From: Vicugna vicugna
Lineage: Eukaryota
Direction of reading: 5' to 3'
NCBI GenBank assembly: GCA_013265495.1
Contig: MU058198.1
Location: forward strand, 7,145,779-7,209,778
Length of the DNA stretch: 64,000 nt
Shown: piece by piece, positions 1 through 13,358 of the stretch
Position numbering within the stretch: the stretch's first letter is position 1
Layout of the letters: each line of letters opens with the position of its first letter
Notes under the pieces: generated by a model
What the model saw: only the letters and a program-made list of their open reading frames with translations
The model's database searches: none
What the model was told of the DNA's origin: nothing
Translations under genes and position numbers: made by a program

Positions 1-352
1 TGAGATCACTCATATGTGGAATCTAAAAAAAAAAAAACCATAAATACAAAACAGAAACAGACTCATAGACATAGAATACAAACTTGTGGTTGCCAAGGGG
101 GAGGCGGGTGGGAAGGGACAGACTGGGAGTTCAAAATTTGTAGATACTGACAGGCATATGCAGAATAGATAAACAAGATTATACTGTGTAGCACAGGGAA
201 ATGTATACAAGATCTAGTGTTAGCACACAGCGAAAAAGAATGTGACAATGAATGTATGTATGTTCATGTATAACTGAAAAATTGTGCTCTATACTGGAAA
301 TTGACACAACATTGTAAACTGACTATAACTATAAAAAATGTTAAAAAGAAAA
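1..352 (+). mobile_element. LINE-1 3' end (end of ORF2/3'UTR with A-rich tail), cut off by the window start
   Basis: Typical L1 3'UTR motifs (ATATGTGGAATCTAAAA, ACTGTGTAGCACAGGGAA, ACAACATTGTAAACTGACTAT) followed by an A-rich tail. Confidence 0.85.
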
Positions 353-1499
353 ACATAAAAATAAAATTTTTATTGTCATAAAAACATATAACAGAAAATT
401 TACCATCATAACCATTTTTAAGTGTCCTGTTCAGTGATATTAAATTAAGTTCAGGTTTTATTTTAAGGCCTATAATCTCATTCAATTCTAATCTCATCAG
501 GTTTCTGCATATGTCATAAGGCCCAGAGCCTTAAGACTCTTTCTTCCACTTACTGCCACCCCCTGTCACACTTTGTGCGCCTTCTGGCCATCCCTCAAAA
601 CCTCTAGGACAAAGCAATCTGAGTCAGGCTACCCTTGTGACCATCTTTTGTAAGACACTAACATTTCAACATATTTTTGTAGCCTTTCACATTAAATGGC
701 TGTCATTTTGCAAAACAAAATGTTAACACACCTAGGAAGAATTGTGTTGTACAGGTGGCTTGCCACACCAGGAATTTATGCCTGTGTTTCCCCAGTCCTC
801 AGACATATGTGAGATGTGTGACTTAAGGCCCAACACCGACCTTTTAGGGCTTCCCTGTCATCAGCTTTCAGTGAGTGAGCCAAACTAAACAATCTCTGAA
901 AGGCCTCCAGTCTAGGAGCTGAGATGCTCTGTCACACCCTGGCCCCAGGTTCCTCCGACCCTAAGCACCAAGAGAAAGACCAGATGGCAAATGTCTGTTG
1001 TCTTGGAGACGGGCCTCAGCCTGTTTTTTAGCCTGGATCCTTCCTAGAGACCTGACATTTTTTGCTACCCAAGCCTCACCTCACAGATATTTTCCAACCA
1101 AAATTGAGGCTAAATGGTCTGAAGACAAGGAGATATACATTCACGAAAAGCATGGAGAAGGTGGGACAAGCAGGAAGGCGCGGTGGGGCAGGTTGCAGGA
1201 GTGGGTTTGGTGGGGCCCAGTGCGCACAGCAGGGGCAGGGAAACCGCCTGGGAGTAGGCAGAGCGAGGAGACTTGGTGCTCTGGACGGGCCAGAGTCTCT
1301 TTCTTGACCTCCGAGTGCATGTTGGGCCTGGGGCCTGGCTATGGGGTGACACTGAGCTCAACAGAGCCACTGCCCATTCCGGCCCCACCTCTTGCCAGGA
1401 AACGCCTCCCCACCGCAGTGACCACATCCCCCCAGGTTGCCTTGGAAACATTCCACTGGGGTGCTGGGGGACCCAGGGCACGGTTGCTCAACAATAGGT

Positions 1500-1604
1500 G
1501 GTGCCCTCCTTTCCGCCCTCATCAGAGACAACTGCCCTGCACCCTCTGCTCACACAGGGAAGAGCAACTCCAAAGTTGAGCCAGAAGCCCGGGGACTGAC
1601 CGAG
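1500..1604 (+). other. C16orf54: Probable non-coding exon 1 of C16orf54 (5' end approximate)
   Basis: Donor GAG|GTGAGG at 1604/1605 lies about 650 bp upstream of the acceptor CTCTCCAG that directly precedes the ATG at 2258. Confidence 0.5.
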
Positions 1605-2257
1605 GTGAGGTAGGGAGTGAGGCAGCCGCTGCAGGTGTGGGACCTGGGGGGACAGAGAGAGGCGGGCAGAGACAAAGCAAAGCTGGAGAGGCAGGGACAG
1701 GTGCAGAGGTGACACCTGAGACCCGGCACAACAGCAAGCTTGGGGGAGCCTCAGAGAGCAAGCCCAGCTCCAAGGGGAGTTGTTGGGGGAAGCAGCATCC
1801 AGGGTGCCAGCCGAGGTGGCCGGGAGCGGGTCACACACACGGGGGCCGGGCTGGACAGGGAGGCTCTCATTTCCTCACCCAGCACTTCCTCTTCCAAGCA
1901 AGACCTAAGGGACTGAGACAGAAGGAAAGAAGCCCTTGGGGCCCTTTTGTCTGAGGCACCCTAGAGTCTGAGAGGGAAATGGAGCATCCAGAAAGGGGCT
2001 GGAGATTCTGAGCAGGAAGGAAGACCTGGTTGCGGACCGAGGTGGGCCCCTGTCTCTCTGGCCAGCAGCCATCTGACTCCTGTCACCCTTTCTGGGTCCT
2101 CTCTGCTCCTCTGTCTGCCTAGGTCTGTTTCTCAGCCAGATGTCGCTGAGCTCCTCCCGACTCTGTCTCCTCACTCTTGTTTATGGACCCGCTGCTCCTC
2201 TCTCTAGATTGTGCCGACTCTGTATCATGTGCTTCCTCTCCTGACCCGTCTCTCCAG

Positions 2258-2911
2258 ATGCCTCCGACTCCAGAGCAGCCTTCTGGGCACATGGAGGGGC
2301 CTCCTGCATCGGAGTCAGCCTTTTGGCCCCTGTTGCCCTGCGGGCCCTGCATCCCCATCATGCTGGCCCTGGCTGCCCTGGCTGCCATCTTCCTCCTGAC
2401 TACGGCCGTGTTGGCTGAACGCCTGTTCCGCCGCTCTCTCCGCCCAGACCCCAGCACTTATGCGCCCACCTTGGTCTGGCGCCCTGGAGGAGAGCTGTGG
2501 ATCGAGCCCATGGGCACACCCAGAGAGCGCTCCGAGGACTGGTATGGCTCAGCGGTTCCCCTGCTGATGGACCGGGACCCAGACCCTCCCACCCCAGGGA
2601 GCACCTTGGAGGCACGAGCTACAGCCCCACCTGCTCTGTCAACCCCAAACTCTCCTTCCAGTTCCTCAGTCCCCCAGATCCCACCCAAGGTCCCAGCCCA
2701 TAGCACCTTCTGGAGGCCCCCCGCCTCAGGCCTGGTGAGCTGGATAGAGCCTGAACAGAGGCCAGAAGCCAGTGTGCATCTAGGGAGCCCCCAGGCCCAG
2801 AGACAGCGGCCAGGAAGCCCTGATCCTGAGTGGGGCCTCCAGCCTCGGGTCACCCTGGAGCAGATCTCAGCTTTCTGGAGGCGTGAAGGCCGGACCAGCG
2901 TGGGTTTCTGA
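2258..2911 (+). CDS. C16orf54: Transmembrane protein C16orf54 (SAIL) ortholog, 217 aa, single coding exon
   Basis: MPPTPEQPSG...CGPCIPIMLALAALAAIFLLTTAVLAERLFRR (TM)...WGLQPRVTLEQISAFWRREGRTSVGF matches recalled human C16orf54. The ATG follows a polypyrimidine tract and AG. The gene neighbours QPRT, as in human. Confidence 0.95.
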   Translation: MPPTPEQPSGHMEGPPASESAFWPLLPCGPCIPIMLALAALAAIFLLTTAVLAERLFRRSLRPDPSTYAPTLVWRPGGELWIEPMGTPRERSEDWYGSAVPLLMDRDPDPPTPGSTLEARATAPPALSTPNSPSSSSVPQIPPKVPAHSTFWRPPASGLVSWIEPEQRPEASVHLGSPQAQRQRPGSPDPEWGLQPRVTLEQISAFWRREGRTSVGF

Positions 2912-3990
2912 ATCCCGAGGGCCTGGAGGACTGGCCTCCCAGAGTCCCCTGAGGAAGGTCCAACCTCAGAGGAATCTTAAGACCCTGAGGCCCCAAAGAA
3001 CCTGAGTTGACACCCCACCCCTAGCAAAGAATGCCCCTCCCAGGCCTTTTCCTTCTGGATTTGAGCTCCCCCTGGATCTGAGCCTGGGCAGGCTGGGTGT
3101 GGACAGAGCCTGTGCCACAGGGGAAGCTCAGCGGTGCCTTTGCTTAGCTGCCCGGGGCTGCGGCGTGGAGAACTGGAGTTGGGGCACCCTGGGTCAGAAG
3201 CTGCCAAAATCACATTCCAGATTAAGAACTCAAGGCACCAGACAGGCAGGAAACAGCATAAACTCAGTGGCTCCCACCCTCCTTCAGTCGGCACCCAAGA
3301 TGCCAACACTGAAGTGCAGGGTGCTGTGGATGCTGAAGAACAGACTGGGTATGATGACGAGGGTCAGCCGTGCTAGCAGGAGAGGACAGGAGTCCTGCTT
3401 CCCAGAGTCACAAGTCATCCCTCTGGAAAAACACAAAACGAGAGGTCGAGACCAGGCAAAAGACCATCTTATTACATCCAAACTGTGGCTTTGATCCCCA
3501 CCTTGCAACAAGAGACCTTCTCTTGCCTGCAGCTGAGACCTACAGTCAGAAAAGGCCAGCGGGCAGCACGTCCTCTGGAGGCCGCCACATCTTAGCCCTC
3601 TGGATCTTATCGCTCCACGGTGAGGGAGGCCTCGGCCAAGGAGATCTGAGTTTGATCCAGTGTGGAAACGAATACTCTCCTGGGGCAGGGCAGCTTCCAA
3701 AACATGGCCTCTGACCATCTTCCCCCCCAGCTTACTGGAGTGGTTTAAAAAGGCAGATTTGCCCCAAGACAGGCTTACTTATAATGCTCCACCCCACAGA
3801 AGTGGAGCCCCGATCTCAGTATCAGCCGATCTCCCCTTTGGGAGCAGAGCCAGGGGCTGGGAGAGGTGAAGGAGTTTCCATTCCCCAGGGTCTGACTTCC
3901 CAAACTTCAGTCCTGAATGCTAGGATTTTTGTCATATCAGTTTACCACCTGTACTTCATAGTTTTCTTTAAATTGTTTTACTATTTGCTT

Positions 3991-3996
3991 AATAAA
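3991..3996 (+). terminator. Candidate polyadenylation signal of C16orf54
   Basis: AATAAA about 1.1 kb after the stop, with U-rich sequence upstream and TGTTTTGT downstream. A second AATAAA is at 4083. Confidence 0.55.
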
Positions 3997-6099
3997 TTTA
4001 TTTTACAAGGAATCTGTTTTGTATCACTTCTGTAAATGGAAAACCAAGTATCACTTGCCGGAAGTAGAAGGTTAAACAGGCAAATAAAGACAATATAAGC
4101 AAAGATATCAAGTTCTAAGTAGACATTGTTCCCTGTTAGAGGCATTGACTCAAAGATCTGCTCTTTGTTAAAAGGGCAGAGATAGAGCCACAGGTGTCAG
4201 GAAAGTGTTAGCACCACCCTGAGACCTTCCCCCAGAAGTGCTGGGGTGGATGAGAGCCCCGCGCGGGGAGTAGCCATCCTGTGCTACTTAATGCCAGCCA
4301 GGAACCCCCCCAAGTTCATCCACACCCTAGAAATGCTGCCAGGCAGAGGCCAACACTCAGCTCTTCCTTCTCAGGAGGGCCGGGGAGCACTTGGGCCTGG
4401 ATCTCCCTTCCCATCTCTTGGATGCCAGAAGTTGGAGGAGCAGACAGGGAATTAGAAGCCCCCAAGCTGAGGGACACCCCCCACCCCGGGTGTGCTCACC
4501 CAGCCTGTATTCCAAGCATCTTCCCTGAGCCAGGCCCTGAAGGTGGAGGGATCAGACCAGGTCCCCGTCCTCAGGGAGCTCTCAGTCTGTCTAGTGGCAG
4601 GGTTGGGGGTGGAGGGAGGTGGGATAGGACAGGAAGACATAACTGATAAGAGGTAGAGATAGGGTTGCTGTCCCATCTCTGTTACTCACAAGCTGGGTAA
4701 CTGTGTCGCTTCTCATTGTCACTATCAGCTGACAGGACTGGGTTGTGCGGACCCTGCCCATGAGGTGTAAACAGTACACCAGGGGAACAAAACTGAGATA
4801 TGATGTTCAGAGCTTAGATGCCTGCACGCCAAGGGCTCAGCAGAAGCAGGACGTTGGGGAAGAGACACCGGGGATAAGTCCTTGGTTTCTGATCTGTTTC
4901 TATCACCCACTCACTCAGAGAAAAGTAGTTTTTGTATTACTGGGCCTCGCTTTGCAAGAAGGGGGTTGAAAGTTGAACAGATGCACTGTTGGGACTTTCC
5001 TAGCTGTGACATCAAAGGATGCAATGAAATGAAATGAAATGATGGATGGGTGCCCGCATGCATGAACGAATGTGGTCGGCCTGAGGCCGAGTCCAGCTTC
5101 CTATCCCCAGACCCAGAACAGGATCTAAAACACAGTGGGAGTCCAAAGAAAGGGGAATGAATGAATAAGCAGATAGACTAATAGGTGCATTCATTTAGAC
5201 CTCTCTTCATTTTTTTTTCTCCTCATTTTTAACACCATCTTATTACTTTCTCATGTTCAGTCTTTCCTGTATGTCTTTTAAAGCACACTTCCTGTGTGGT
5301 CTTTTACTCAATAACTGTTGTCCGTGATTCCAAGTTCTAGGGTGGGTGGTGTCTGCCCGCTCTCATTCACGACAGATGGCTTCCTCTTATGTTTTCTAAG
5401 TTGGGGCTGTGAACTCAGCTTGGATCTTATCAGCGGGATCCATGTGACCAGTTTGAGGGTGTCTCCCTAGAGAGCTTCTGTGTTTGCTCCTGCCAAGGAT
5501 GCTTCAGAGGAATTACCAACCCTGGACCACATGGTTTGTGCATTTTATGTGGGCTTCTGAGACTACGCAGATGGAGTAAATCTGAATCCTAAATCTAAAC
5601 GAGGGTACACCTTTGGTTATGAATTCTCACGGGAGACTTTCTATTGCCACCAGATCTTGGGGTGAAATCCACAAGGTTCTTTTGTGCTCTCTGGACTCTT
5701 TTGTTTCCAAGTCTGCCCTTTCACTGAGGATGTCCCCCTTTAAGGGTCTGAGCTGTATATCAGGGTCTCAGTGTTCAACACCCCAAGTAAGTCCTCATCT
5801 CCAATCTCCAGGTGGCTATAAAACCCCAGCCCCTTCTTTGCCAAGATCTACAACTACCACCGGCTCCCCCTGCTCTGGTTTTCAATTTCCTCTTTGTGTA
5901 TGGCTCCTGGGGCTTCCCCTTAGTTTCTTGAACCCCAGCTGTACATTTTTAAAGGAAGTTTGCTTGATTTTATGCAGCGTTTCTAGATGTTTCATGGCAG
6001 GGATGTACTTGCCAGGTTATACAATTCACAACATCACAAAAAACAAAACAAAACAAAAACAACAGGCAATTTCTTCTATAACCAAGTTCAAATCTTCAC

Positions 6100-6500
6100 A
6101 GCCAAAATTCTGGAAAGAGCTGTCTGTCATAGCAAATCTATATTTTCTTGTCTCCCCCTCACTCTGTAACCCACTGCAGGCATCTATACCCTTCCAGCCC
6201 CCTACAGAAACTGCTTTCACCAAAATCATGACCTGCATATTTTAATCAAAGGACACCGCTCAGCCTCCGGTGGGCAGCATTCGACATCCTTATTCGCTTC
6301 TTGGCGCATCCTCCTCCCTTGGCTTCTGTGACTCCACACACACCTGATTTCCCTTCCTCTCCCTGCCTTCCTCTTGCTTTTTTGCCATCTGCCTGCTTCA
6401 GCTCTTGCTCCCCCCAACACAGTCCTCCTGGGCAATCTCACTGATGCCTACGGCTTCAACTGCGGTCTCATGTCCTGATGATCCCCAAGTCTCTACCTCT
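6100..6500. mobile_element. LINE-2 relic
   Basis: L2-like motifs such as CAGAAACTGCTTTCACCAAAATC and CTCCCTTGGCTTCTGTGAC...CCTGATTT. Confidence 0.55.
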
Positions 6501-6989
6501 GACTGTGGCAGATACTGTCCTCCACATCCATTCTGCCATTATTCTAAAGTCATAGTACCCGTGGGAGAGAAAACAAGATGATGAACTGAAAGATTATCTC
6601 AGAACTACTCCATGGCCATCCCTGGGGACAGAGTCAGTATTTCCCTCTAGTATTAAACACTCTCCCCACCAAAAAATACAGCTGTCATGAATTCACATGC
6701 ATAAAGAGGCGAAGCCAGAGAAAGGTGAGCGACGTGGACCAGGGGACAGAGGTGAGAAGAGACTCCAAGCCTGTCTGTAGGGGTACCCGCCACTCGGCTC
6801 TACCAATCATGTCCTCCTTCTGATTTTCCAGCAGAAGCTAGAAATTTGGGATTTTAGGTAAAATCAACCAAAATGTTAAGACCATTTTATAAATACATGT
6901 ATTAGTCTACCTACCTATAAAATCAATGAAATAAGCCTGTGGGCCACACATGCGTCATAAGCCATCATCCGGTTGGAGATTTCTTTTTT

Positions 6990-7130
6990 TTGTAATTTAT
7001 TTTTTATTCTGTTTTGGGGGGAGGTAATTAGGTTTTTACTTATTTATTTATTTTAATGGAGGTACTGGGGATTGAACCCAGGACCTTGTGCATGCTAAGC
7101 ATGCGCTCTATCACTGAGCTATACCCTCTC
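6990..7130 (-). mobile_element. tRNA-derived SINE (camelid vic-1 type) inserted in the poly-A tail of an L1
   Basis: Minus strand reads GGGTATAGCTCAGTGATAGAGCGCATGCTTAGCATGCACAAGGTCCTGGGTTCAATCCCCAGTACCTCC (A and B boxes), followed by the AAACCTAATTACCTCCCC tail. Confidence 0.85.
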
Positions 7131-7132
7131 AC

Positions 7133-7632
7133 TTCTTTTTTTCTTTTTTAATTGAAGCATAGTTGATTTACTATGTTGTGTTAGTTTCTGGTGTACAGCA
7201 TAGTGAGTCAGTTGTAAATATATAGATATCTATTCCTTTTCATATTCTTTTTCATTATAGGTTATTGTAAGATATTGAATACAGTTCCCTGTGCTATATG
7301 GTAGGATCTTGTGGTTTCTCTGTTTTTTGTATGGTAGTTTGTATCTGCTAATCCTAAACTCCTAATTTATCCCCCTCTCCTTCCCCTTTAGTAACCAGAA
7401 ATTTGTTTTCTATGTCTGTGAGTCTGTTTCTGTTTTGTAAATAAGTTTATTTGTATCATTTTTTAGATTCCTCATATAAGTGATAGCATATGATGTTTCT
7501 CTCTCTCTGTCTGACTTACTTCATTCAATATGATAACTTCTAGGTCCATCCTTGTTGCTGCAAATGACATTATTTAATTCTTTTTTATGGTTGAATAATA
7601 TTTTTATACATACATATATATGTGTGTGTGTG

Positions 7633-7678
<46 letters not shown>

Positions 7679-7922
7679 CAGGCATCTGTCGATGGACATC
7701 TATGTTGCTTCCATGTCTTGGCTGTTGTAAATAGTACTGCTAGGAACACTGGGGTGCATGTATTTTTTGGAATTAGAGTTTTCTCCAGATATGTGCCCAG
7801 GAGTGGAATTGCTGGATCATCTGGTAAATCTATTTTTAGTTTTTTAAGAAATCTCCATTCTGTTTTCCATAGAGGCTGCACCAAATTACATTCCAACCAG
7901 CAGTGTAGGAGGGTTCTCTTTT
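7133..7922 (-). mobile_element. 5'-truncated LINE-1 (ORF2 C-terminus and 3'UTR) containing a (TG)n(TA)n microsatellite
   Basis: ORF 7585-7896 gives [30 protein letters not shown], an L1 ORF2 C-terminal motif. Degenerate TSD TTGGAGATTTCTT (6973) / TTGGAGATCCCTT (7921). Confidence 0.9.
7606..7675. repeat. Compound (TG)n/(TA)n microsatellite
   Basis: Directly visible dinucleotide runs. Confidence 0.95.
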
Positions 7923-7994
7923 GGAGATCCCTTCTAAACCTGAAGTCTCCTGAAATGGGTGGGACAGCCTTCTCTCAGGTGATCTTAAATCGGA

Positions 7995-8185
7995 ATTTTC
8001 CCCACTTCACACTGTTGACTTTTGGGCCAGATAAGTCTTTGTCGTAGAAGACTTTCCTGTACATTGTGGGATGTTTAGCAGCATCTGTGGCCTCTGCCAA
8101 CTCTATGCCTGTTGCATCCCCCTAAGTTATGACAACCAAAATGTCTCCAGGCATTGCCAAATGTCACCTGGGATGGGGAACAAAC
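7995..8185 (+). mobile_element. MER20-like hAT DNA transposon relic
   Basis: Resembles the MER20 consensus (ACTGTTGACTTTTGGGCCAGATAA...GATGTTTAGCAGCATC...GACAACCAAAATGTCTCCAG...TTGCCAAATGTC). Confidence 0.75.
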
Positions 8186-11100
8186 CCTCTTATCTAAGGG
8201 AAACATTTTAATCAATAACACTCCTGCCCACAGAGCCTGCAGCCTATTCAGAGGCAGGCCTGCTGGGGAACCAGACCCACTCAGCTGCCAAGTAGAACCA
8301 CGTGAGCCTCCTCTTACTAATTTTCAGTGGTACCAAAAAAGGATTCAGATGAAGAAACAAAATAACCAGCCCTGGAAGAAACAAATAACTAAGGCACTGT
8401 GAACCAAGTAAGGGCTTCTAGGAAGACATTGCATCACAGTGCCTTTTGTAATTGGAAATTATAACATCATCTGGAAATTGCCATTTTGATTGTCCAGATT
8501 AATAAGTTAATCAAAGGAAGGCGTGGGAGGAAAAAGCTTTTAAATCTATCTCTCTCAGGATGGAGAGGAAAATGACAAAGAAAAGTAAAATGTGTCAGAA
8601 AAGTAAAGAGATAAAAGAATCAATTCATTCAGTATTTACCTAATAGAAGTTCCAGAAAGAGACAGCAGAGAAAACAGAGGGGAGGAAATAAAGATTCTAT
8701 TCGACTGAGAGAAGCATTTCAGGCCGAGAAAAGAGGTCTGCGAGGCTCTCACCTGGCCGCACACTGGAATCACCTGAGGAGCTCTTAGGAACAGGGATGC
8801 CACCGAGATGCCCCTTGGCACCAAGGTGGAGGAACAGGGACTGGGTTTACCCTTCTGCCTGAAACTACCACTACTGCTACTACAAAACCAGACAAAGTAC
8901 AGGAAACATCGACTTTCAAAACACTGAATACCAAGCAATGAAAGACAGTGATGAGAATAATGAAATCCCAGAGAGAAAGGAAAACAAATGACGTTTGTCC
9001 TTTTAGGATTGTCCAGATTACTGCTTTAACAGAGTTTCCAAACTGCAGGCTGGGGGTTAGTTCTACCAGTTGTTAGTACTACTGCTAGTAATGCTACCCT
9101 CTCCTCCTCATCGACATAAAACCTCGGGCTGGCAGGGGGCAGGGGGCAGGTGAGGTGGTGCCCAGGGATTCCTGAGCTGAGGGCACAGAGTGGAGAGTCC
9201 AGGGAGACCACAGCAGCTGGAGCCCAGAGAACAGAACACAGAGAAGAGAGGGCCTCCCAGAGACAGAACCCAGGAGCTGCAGAGGGGCCCCCTGGAGTAT
9301 TACTCGGCAGAGAACTGATCAGCACACAGGTGTGTGAGGAAACCACCTGAGGTCAGGGGAAGAGCCGACTGAAAGCACTAAGGTGGCAGTGCCCAAGGCC
9401 CCTTCCCACCAGCAGGACTGGAAAATGTCACAAGACATTGTGCAGTGCACTCAGGAAGGTCTTGGCATAGTAGAGGGAATAATCCACTCGACTGAGCACT
9501 GCTTTGAACCTGCCTAACAAATCATACTGATTACAAAAATAACTGGCGTTCAGCAAGGTAAAACTCACCACGTCAGGCAAGCAATAATTAACAAGTGAAA
9601 AGGACAGGAGAAGATAAATAAACTGTCAGAAAAAATGTCTGGACCCCTTTTGGGGGGTCTGTTTTAATTGCTGTACACAGAGCATCACTGAATTGTTGCC
9701 TCAGGAGAGGTCACAGAAACAGTTGTTTTGCATCTTCTACCTTTTCCCTGATGGACTTTTCATCTATAGGAATTAATTAGATTGGAATTTTTAAAATGCA
9801 AGCCTTGGTCTAGCCCTTGAAATCTTCCATCCATTTGCGTAATTACTATACCAGTAATACAAAAATATGTTAGCACAATCCTTTACCTTAAAAAGCTGCC
9901 AAGCCTCAATGAATCCCCTTTTGGCTTATAATATTCTGAGAAAAAAAAAAGCAAATCATGCAGAAAATAAAAACAAACTACTTTTGGTTCTCAGTGAGAT
10001 TACAGTTAAAGGATATGTATGTATGTATCTATTTATTTAATGCAGGAAGCATGATTTATAAGCCTTTAAGAAACCAGCATTGTTCTTTATATATTGATAT
10101 AGTATTCCAAAAAGTCTTTCCTTTGGTTAAAAAGCAGACAAATATCAAGAAGCAAGTGACTTATGGGCTAGCCCTTTGTTGGTGCTGTCTAAGGCTTCGG
10201 AAAATTTTAGCTGAATCACAGGGAGAAGAAATAGGTTACCCAGTGACCCATCAAACTAGAGATATGTATGCCTCTGATCATTTTCTGAGTGCGCTGTACT
10301 GGATCCAGTGATCTAAAGAGCACTTCTTACCCAAAATAAAGCCACCCCACGTTATCTGGGGTTGATGTGCACCGCCATCCACGGAAATGTTATTCACAGC
10401 CTCATGGTCAGACTCTCTTCAGATCTTTGTCATTTGGGCTTACAAGCTGAGTTACTTAGGTCCTCAGAAAGCAGGTCTTAAAAGCAGTTACTTACTGAGT
10501 AATTGCCAAAATGTTCTATTACTCAGGAAGTGATTGGAACAAAGTACAGAGGTGCTGAAACATTTATGGAATTTACCTCCCCTACCATCTTGAAGGGCTC
10601 GCAGCAAATTAATACATGTGTCCACACCACATAATACCACTGTGGGATTTTTTAAAGATCCAAAGTTGAATTGTTTTCAGATACAGTTTGGCTTGCTAAT
10701 AACGTCTTACCATTTTTAAATGCTTTCAGCTTTCACTGGCTTGGTGCACTAAAACCTGTGCCCCCTGAGTTTACTGACTCTGCCAGCCTCCTTCCACCTC
10801 CTCCTTCTCTGACCCTCTAGACTGAGTGCCCCAGTAGCTGCATGGGTAGAGGAGTAGGAAGGTGGATGGATAGATTGAAGGGGAGGGGTGGGCGGGCAGG
10901 AGGATAGATGGAAGGGAGGTGAGGGGGTAGATGTTAGCAGGGGGAGGGAGTGTTGGTGAGTGAATGTGAACCTTGGTGACCTCTGGAGTACACAGGGCCT
11001 TGAAAGTCACTAAGATACCTTGCGCAGTTGGATGGGGTCTGATGAGGGAATTAAGCTGGAAAAGTGGGTGGAAGATAGACTTCTATACACCCTTCCCCAG

Positions 11101-13334
11101 CTTTCATACTTGAGCAGATGCTACACTTACTATTCATAGCCTCCTTGGCTAAGTATCTTTGGAACCTGGGAGGGGAGATGGAATCAGAGAATGGAAGGTG
11201 GTGTGGTTGCAGTGCCCTCTGGTGGCCATAAAGGGATCTGACTTTTTTTTTTAATTGTCTATTCTCCCCAACACTAGAATATAAACTTGGTGAGGACAGG
11301 GATTTTTTCATTGTTTACTCATTGTTGTACATCCACTGCCTAGAATAGTGCCTGGCACATAGTAGGCATTCAACAAATATTTATTTTTGAACCCAACTCC
11401 ACCACTTTATTGGTCTATGACCCTGAGCCACTCTCTTAACTTCATAAAGCCTCAGTTTCCTCATGAGTCTAGTGGATATGCTAACACCCTCGCCCCCAAG
11501 AGCATTAACTGAGAAAGAGACTTACACATGCCAAGCAAGGGCACTCAGCCAAATGTGTGTCCCTTTCTCACCCACCAGCTGGCGTGATGACACATTATAT
11601 GCTGACAGTGGCACCTGACTGGACGGGCACATTTGTTCTTATGGGCATGGGCTTAATGCTGGGTGTGGGGCAACCCGGGGAAATCATCCAAGCCTAGTCA
11701 CAGGCTGGTGAGGCAGGAAGGAAGTGTAGCCAGATAGACACGAGGTGACGTGTGAGACTCCTCTTCTGTCATTCACTGCCCCCCGCCCCCACCCCCAGCC
11801 ACACCAAACTCTTCCTGCTGCCCCAAACCCATTGGGCTCTGAGCCTTTGCAGATGCTGTTTCCTCCACCTGCGTTCCCTTCTTTCCAACCCTTTGCCACC
11901 ACCCACATTCAAGCCCTCTGAGTGGCTGCATCAGCCTCCTCTTGGTCTGCCTGAAGCCACTCCAGCCCCCTCAAATAGATCTTCCAGCAAATATGCTTAT
12001 CTCATTTTCCAGCTTCAATCTGATTGTTCTCAGGACGGAGTCCAAGTCCTCTGACCTACCATTTTGTGGTCTGGACCCAGCCCAGGTCCTAGTCATCTCG
12101 TCTCTCCTGATCCCAGCTTCAAATCTTACACCAAATAATCCAAGCCATTTCCCACCTCCTCCTCTGCCTGGAAATCCATCCCCTGCAAGGAGAGCCTGGG
12201 TTGCTTTTGCCTGCCCAGGATCCATTTCCTTTCCCACTGGTGATGGAATCCCCTCCCAGCACTCAGATCTGGGATCTGCTTGTTCATTTCTGGGTTCAAG
12301 GACGAGCTTGAGACTCATCCTGGGAGCTTTCTTTTCTCTTTTTTAATTGAGATGCTGTGGGCGCAGCCCGCATTCTCCAGGTGGCCACAGCCCACTTCCC
12401 TGTGTCTTATTCCAGCTTCCACCACCCGTTTCACTGCCTGGGTCCTGGATGCATTCGAGTTTGAGATTCCTTGTACCTTCTTTCTGCCTCTAGGACGCTG
12501 TTTCCTTCCTGAATCCTAAGTATTTTGCCTTCCAGTTCCCGGCTTATCCATGGTTCCCCCACTTCCCCATGGTTCCCCACTTCCCCATCATGGCAGCTAG
12601 AAGTACCCCTAGTTCTATGAGGGTTCATTTATTCCCCCTCAGGATTGAGGGGCTGGGGCTCAGAGAGCTAAGTTTCCTGGAGCAGGAAAGTTTGCCTAGC
12701 TGAGTGTGTCCATGTTTACCCTGGAGAAAGGACAGGAGGACTCAGGGGTGGAGGCATGTATTAGAACACAGGTGGCATCTCTGGGCTGTGTCCTGTGAGA
12801 ATGGCCCCTTCAGTTCAAAGGCAGCATCCACCTCTGCCTGGCATCCCCTAGGTGAATCTCCGCTGTGTGCCCGAGCATGCTCACAGCAGGTGCTCAGCGC
12901 ATGTTTGATGCTTGAAGGAGGAAGGTGTTGGCCTGCCTGGAGCTTTCACGTCTGAGATGAGCTCATTGTTTGTTGATCTACCCTTTTCCCAGACCCATCG
13001 CTGGTCTCCAAGGTTGAGAAAAAGGCAAAGGGGTAGAATGCCTCCCTCAGAGCAGACTGGGACACCCAGACTCCCTCTGGGAAGGAGCCTCTGTGGTGAG
13101 ACCCATTTTCCTCTCCTCCCAGCAAAGGGCAGCGAAGAGAGTGGATTCTCAGAGGGGAGAGGCAGCTCCAGACTGGAGCCCTTCTGGGAGGAGTCATGTC
13201 GGGCACCACCCTCACCCTTGGGAACTCAGATGTTCTAGTTCCTCCCACAGCCACCCCAGAAAGGTTAAAGAGAGGCAAAGCCTAGGCTTGAGGTGAGGGT
13301 AGGAGTGGCCACACAGGTGGGCAAGACCTCAGGG

Positions 13335-13358
13335 GTGTGTGTGTGTGTGTGTGTGTGT
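13335..13358. repeat. (GT)n microsatellite
   Basis: Directly visible. Confidence 0.9.

Noticed and set aside
2177..2257. N-terminal extension of the C16orf54 ORF (MFMDPLLLS...)
   Set aside because: It is the intronic polypyrimidine tract ending in CAG just before the conserved ATG at 2258.
5613..6245. 210-aa ORF
   Set aside because: Non-ATG start, overlaps old L1/L2 relics, and no recognisable protein features.
9620..10760. AT-rich unique-looking block between C16orf54 and QPRT
   Set aside because: No recognisable ORF, TSD or RNA motif. It cannot be told apart from old repeat or neutral DNA without a search.
12548..12595. Short ~19-bp tandem duplication (CCATGGTTCCCC(C)ACTTCC)x2
   Set aside because: Two-copy slippage duplication with no evidence of function.
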